Position numbers and translations under genes: made by a program. This document shows positions 59,982 to 64,000 of a stretch of DNA of 64,000 bases, one piece after another (the stretch's first letter is position 1; every line of letters starts with the position of its first letter). Source of the DNA: a virus (Duplodnaviria > Caudoviricetes); IMG/VR virus record IMGVR_UViG_3300028886_000051, one strand, 5' to 3'. A model generated the notes under the pieces. The model did not search any database and was not told the origin of the DNA. It saw only the letters and a program-made list of their open reading frames with translations.

Positions 59982-61284
59982 TGTTTTCATCCTCACTTTC
60001 TGAATCATTTTCAGAGTCATCATTTTCGGATTCTTGTTCTGAAAAACAAGAGAACAAATCATTTAAATCAACCAAATTCATTTCGAGCTTTATATTTTTA
60101 TCTTTTAAATAATCTTTTATATCCAGATTTTCTCGAAGTAATATACGAGATATTTCAATATATTTATCCAAATCTCTTTGTAAATCAACAATTTTTTGTC
60201 TTTGTTCAGCAACCATATCTGACCATTCGGATTCATCTAAAGCGAGTGTTTTCATAATAGAAGCGTTACTTAAATCCATTACTTGTTTCATCGCTTTACA
60301 AGTTTCCAAATCAAAACCATTAACTTCACCTTCACGAAGATTTAAATCTTTTATTTTTTTAATTTTTCCTGTCCAAGTATTTTCACCTTTTTTTGCATTT
60401 TTATTATGCTTTAAAGATATACAACTGTCTTGAGCAAGACTTGTAATAACAGAAGTAATTTTACCTTTACTTTCTTGCAGGGATTTAATTGTTGCCGAGT
60501 TACGCTCAATATTAGAAATATCGCTCATAAGTTTTGCAACAGTATCATCAATTTTTGACTGTTGTAAAAAACCACGAACAATAGAAATAGCAGAAGAAGT
60601 ACGCATCATATCTTCGTTAGCATCTTCACTAGAATCAAGAATTCCTAACAATTGAGAATATAAAAATGGTTGGTCAGCAACATCCTCTTTTTCAAAAGGA
60701 TCATAACTAAGTAATCGAATAACATCATTTTTATTTTTCAAAAAACTGTCATATGTATCTAATCCTGCGTGAGATTCAATAAGTTCTTCCTCAGTAGTTG
60801 GTTCTTTAGGAATTTCATTTTCAGATGTATTATTACCAAAAACATCTGAATCTTTAAATGTTAGAGTGTTATATTGTCCCATAGCCACATTCTTTATATA
60901 TGAATAATAACCATTAGAACGAATTTTACCTGAAGCTAAATTTTCCGATTCTTGAATACTAGCATCCCATAATTTTGATAAAAAAGGCTTATTAAGATAC
61001 CTCATTGTTTCGATTACAGAGTCCTTATCAGGCTCATGTTCAACCTTATCCTTCCCAATTTTAAGGGCTATTTTCCTTGCACAGTCTTTACAAATTGGAG
61101 TAAGACCACTTTTATTCATTGGATCTGTACTTACATAAAATTTATCCCTTGCTTTATGTGTATCACACATGTAACACCAAGCACCTTCTTTTAGAGACTT
61201 GATTTTTTCTTCTTGTGTTTCAACCTTTTTCTTTAATTGTGCAGCCGTTAATTTCGTAGGCTGTGTCTCTTTTGTCGTAGCCAA
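59971..61284 (-). CDS. Zinc-finger protein upstream of terL (terminase small subunit candidate)
   Basis: CYMC...FY.S...PICKDC; overlaps the terL start. Confidence 0.6.
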   Translation of the reverse strand: MATTKETQPTKLTAAQLKKKVETQEEKIKSLKEGAWCYMCDTHKARDKFYVSTDPMNKSGLTPICKDCARKIALKIGKDKVEHEPDKDSVIETMRYLNKPFLSKLWDASIQESENLASGKIRSNGYYSYIKNVAMGQYNTLTFKDSDVFGNNTSENEIPKEPTTEEELIESHAGLDTYDSFLKNKNDVIRLLSYDPFEKEDVADQPFLYSQLLGILDSSEDANEDMMRTSSAISIVRGFLQQSKIDDTVAKLMSDISNIERNSATIKSLQESKGKITSVITSLAQDSCISLKHNKNAKKGENTWTGKIKKIKDLNLREGEVNGFDLETCKAMKQVMDLSNASIMKTLALDESEWSDMVAEQRQKIVDLQRDLDKYIEISRILLRENLDIKDYLKDKNIKLEMNLVDLNDLFSCFSEQESENDDSENDSESEDENNEI

Positions 61285-61388
61285 TTAACAGCCACCTCCT
61301 TTTATTCCAATATAAAAAGAAGCCATCTCATACGAAATGACTTCTCATAATTTCCAATATTAAATTTCCAATGAAAGTGCAATTTAAA

Positions 61389-61470
61389 CGCCGTACACAC
61401 GATTCGAACGTGCAAGCCTTTTACAGCCAACGGTTTTCAAGACCGCTTCTTCACCACCCAGACATACGGC
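61389..61470 (-). tRNA. tRNA-Ser(TGA)
   Basis: GCCGTAT/GTACGGC acceptor stem, GCGGT-CTTGAAA-ACCGT anticodon arm, long variable arm, GTTCGAATC; no encoded CCA. Confidence 0.9.
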
Positions 61471-61474
61471 ATAG

Positions 61475-61559
61475 CGTAGAGTATGAGAGTCGAACTCATA
61501 AGCCAAATTAATGACCGACAGATTAGCAATCTGCTCCAATACCATTATGGGAACTCTAC
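61475..61559 (-). tRNA. tRNA-Ser(GCT)
   Basis: GTAGAGT/ACTCTAC acceptor stem, GCAGA-TTGCTAA-TCTGT anticodon arm, long variable arm, GTTCGACTC. Confidence 0.9.
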
Positions 61560-61657
61560 GTATAACAAAAGAGCCACTTCCCATGAAATGACTCTTTTCC
61601 AAAATTACCTATTAAATTTTGCCGATAAAAATCTCAATCTATCGGTATATTTACCGT

Positions 61658-62862
61658 TTATGTTGTCACGTTGACAATCAATGGATGTAGACCTACACCC
61701 TCTATCCCGTCCGAAAATACATTCGGGAATGCCTTTTTCATAATTTGATATGCAGCGTTAATATCAGCATTTATTTTTATATTATTATTACTAATAAACA
61801 AACCTCTTTGAATACGTCTATCTTTATTATAATTTTCTTTACATGGAATTTCTGAATCAAGAAATGAAGTTCCAGATGTATATGATTCTTCAATTACAAT
61901 ATATTTAATGCCATTATTTTCACATTTATATTTTAGAATCTTGAAGAATAATTCATATGGTATATATGTGAAGTTTTGCATATTCTTAGTATTTTGTTTC
62001 CAACCATTGTTATGACCTATTACAAGAGTATCTACATCATATAAAACACAATAGTCGATTATGTATTTGCTGACACAGTGCATATAATTTTTTATTTTTC
62101 ATATCTTTTATCGGTTAATTTCTGAAGCCCTTTTGACCAATCATTACCATTTACTTTCTTTAATTCTGATTGCATTTCAGATTTTTTCTTATTATAATAT
62201 TGATTTATAGATTTGATAGCACCACCTTTGATAACAAAAGGTTGTTCACCAAAATTATTTACGACACTAACGAAATTTTCTACACCAACATCAATACTTA
62301 TAATTCTCTCTGAAAAAACTAAGCAATCCACAGTATCAATTTCATAAACTATTTCCATTACATAATGATTTCCTTTAGGAATAAATCTGCATTGTATTAT
62401 TCTATCTCTAACCTTTGTTTTGAACCGATTATTAAATGGTTTGAATGGACTCCAAGCAAAATACACATAACCGTCTTTTAATTTAACTTTATTGCTATCA
62501 AGAGCCAAAGTGTAACGACCATCTTTAGGTTTGTACCTTGGCATTTTTGGCATACCAAGATATTTAGAATGATTCTTCTTCCAATCTTTAATAGAAACAA
62601 AGAACGCCTTCCAAGCCTTATCCAACATTCTTAAAGTGGCTTGTCCTGTATTACTACCAATTTCCTTATAAGGTTCTGAATCTTTTACCATTTCAAATAA
62701 CTTATTATATCCAATCCAATTATTATTGGTAATAAACTCTTGCCTTATAATATAATTGGCATAGTTGTAAAGGTTCTTTGACTTTAAGCAGTAATTGTCT
62801 ATGAATCTTCCGAAATCTGTATTTAATTTTATGATATGTTGTTCACATCTTTGTACTTTCAT
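61658..62862 (-). pseudogene. tnpB: Second tnpB, split by a 1-nt deletion at ~62095
   Basis: Both ORFs are collinear with tnpB 17768-18982 (same MKVQRCEQH start); adding one A restores RYEKIKNYMH. Confidence 0.9.
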
Positions 62863-62934
62863 TTTCCCTCCTTACAAATAAGAGAGAATAGAAGAACAGT
62901 CTAATCTCAAAGGCACAATCGGATAATAGCCGAA

Positions 62935-63042
62935 AGCCTTAAATTTTTGCATTATAAAAGAGACTGCCAAAACGACAGTCTCTCATTCTGTGGGTATTTT
63001 CCACACAAAAGAGAGCCTTGCAACCGAAGTTACAAGACCCTT
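62935..63042 (-). terminator. Tandem hairpins/terminators after the fibre gene
   Basis: GGGTCTTGTAAC-TTCG-GTTGCAAGGCTC-TCTTTT and GAGACTGTC...GGCAGTCTC-TTTT. Confidence 0.7.
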
Positions 63043-63075
63043 TAATAAAATCATTTCAAAATACTTCTTGACTAT

Positions 63076-64000
63076 TTACACAATAGTAACTTTATACTTC
63101 GATGAATTATATTCTATATTGAACCAACCATAAGAACCAAGTGTTAATTTTAATGTGATTGTTCTTTCAACAACTCCATTTGAGCTTGTTTGGTCATTAA
63201 TTGAGGTTGATATACCAACTAATTCAGTCTCTCCTGAAGCACCTAACCAAATATCATTACTAGATGACTTATATTCACAATAACTATAAACACCACTGCC
63301 ATAACTGGAAGTGCTTTTTAACTTTACTTTGTAGAAAGTGAATCTGACTAAATCTTGTATATACCAACTGGTACCATAATTATAAAAATTGCCTTTAATA
63401 GTAACAGTTTTTGAAACTCCAGTAGAAGAAGTACTTGAACAATAACTTATCATACTAGCAGCTTTTCCATCTACAAGACCTTTTAATACCTTACCCTGTG
63501 CAGCAGATAACGAATCTGTTGTACTATCGCTTGTAAGATTATTTTGAATCCCTCTCCAAGTGTTTGTATCTGTAAAAACAGCATTACTAGGGACAGATTT
63601 GCCTAATGTATACGTACAAGCAACAGGTTTACCACCTGAGAAGTAAACTGGTTGAGTTGCAGAACCTGCAGAAGAATCAAGTTTAACTGCTGATGTAGCA
63701 GAACCACCAGAAGAAGATGAACCTGCATATGAGTGTGTATGAGAAGAAGCCGCAGCACCGATATTAGCAGGTGTGCAATACGTTTTGTAATTAGAAGAAT
63801 CTAAAACTTTTCTCCATGCTTGCCATGTTCCATTATTTTTACCACGAACAGCAATTTGACCCGTTCTATAATCTCCATATATTTCATGTACCCAAGATCC
63901 AGAATATACTTGTTTATACATAGCACCATCATTTTGATTAAGTATAGATGATGTACCATTAACATAACCAACGGCATTAGCAGATGTATCGTCAATACCA
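63076..64000 (-). CDS. Tail-fibre-like protein (5' partial)
   Basis: Frame open to the window edge; RG..NGTW.AWR knob motif, HTH.YAGS, GSATQPVYF, VPSNAVFTDT, LSAAQGKVL fibre motifs. Confidence 0.75.
   Translation of the reverse strand, partial: GIDDTSANAVGYVNGTSSILNQNDGAMYKQVYSGSWVHEIYGDYRTGQIAVRGKNNGTWQAWRKVLDSSNYKTYCTPANIGAAASSHTHSYAGSSSSGGSATSAVKLDSSAGSATQPVYFSGGKPVACTYTLGKSVPSNAVFTDTNTWRGIQNNLTSDSTTDSLSAAQGKVLKGLVDGKAASMISYCSSTSSTGVSKTVTIKGNFYNYGTSWYIQDLVRFTFYKVKLKSTSSYGSGVYSYCEYKSSSNDIWLGASGETELVGISTSINDQTSSNGVVERTITLKLTLGSYGWFNIEYNSSKYKVTIV

Noticed and set aside
61630-62910. 8-bp direct repeat TTGAGATT flanking tnpB2 as a target-site duplication
   Set aside because: IS200/IS605 and IS607 elements do not make duplications; a short AT-rich match may be chance
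1-64000. Stop-codon reassignment, or a DGR/retron system
   Set aside because: Core genes are full length in the standard code, and no reverse transcriptase or template/variable repeat pair is visible

Overview
A 64 kb, AT-rich segment of a large temperate siphophage with SPbeta-like organisation; the host is probably a Clostridia/Lachnospiraceae-type Firmicute (inference). The + strand arm (1-22320) carries replication and nucleotide-metabolism genes: PD-(D/E)XK nuclease, HNH-AP2 endonuclease, DnaE, ERCC4 nuclease, HD protein, ThyX-like protein, LigA, Gmk, HPr-like protein, NrdDG, dUTPase and a large serine recombinase. The - strand arm (22369-64000) is the virion/lysis module: endolysin, tail fibre, Tal, Dit, tape measure, major tail, head-tail genes, capsid, protease/scaffold, portal, terminase, two tRNA-Ser, a broken tnpB and a second fibre gene. 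Main result: the tape-measure gene, which looks like three broken ORFs, reads as one ~3483-aa gene split by two group I introns. Intron 1 (36785-37790) carries a LAGLIDADG endonuclease. Intron 2 (34319-36067) has no endonuclease. It appears to loop out ~1.25 kb of cargo: an antisense zinc-ribbon gene with its own promoter and terminator, a paralog remnant, a MazF/PemK remnant and a small RNA. P1, P10, P7 and two long-range helices are visible, and splicing restores the frame. Other leads: an RHH-TnpB module beside a replacement nrdG with the displaced nrdG 3' half as the likely guide source; an ATGAAA-N6-TTTCWT palindrome bounding single-gene blocks; an attP-like site inside the integrase 3' end; a JAB-like domain inside the tape measure; and non-canonical start codons including dnaE. 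All calls are by eye, without database searches.
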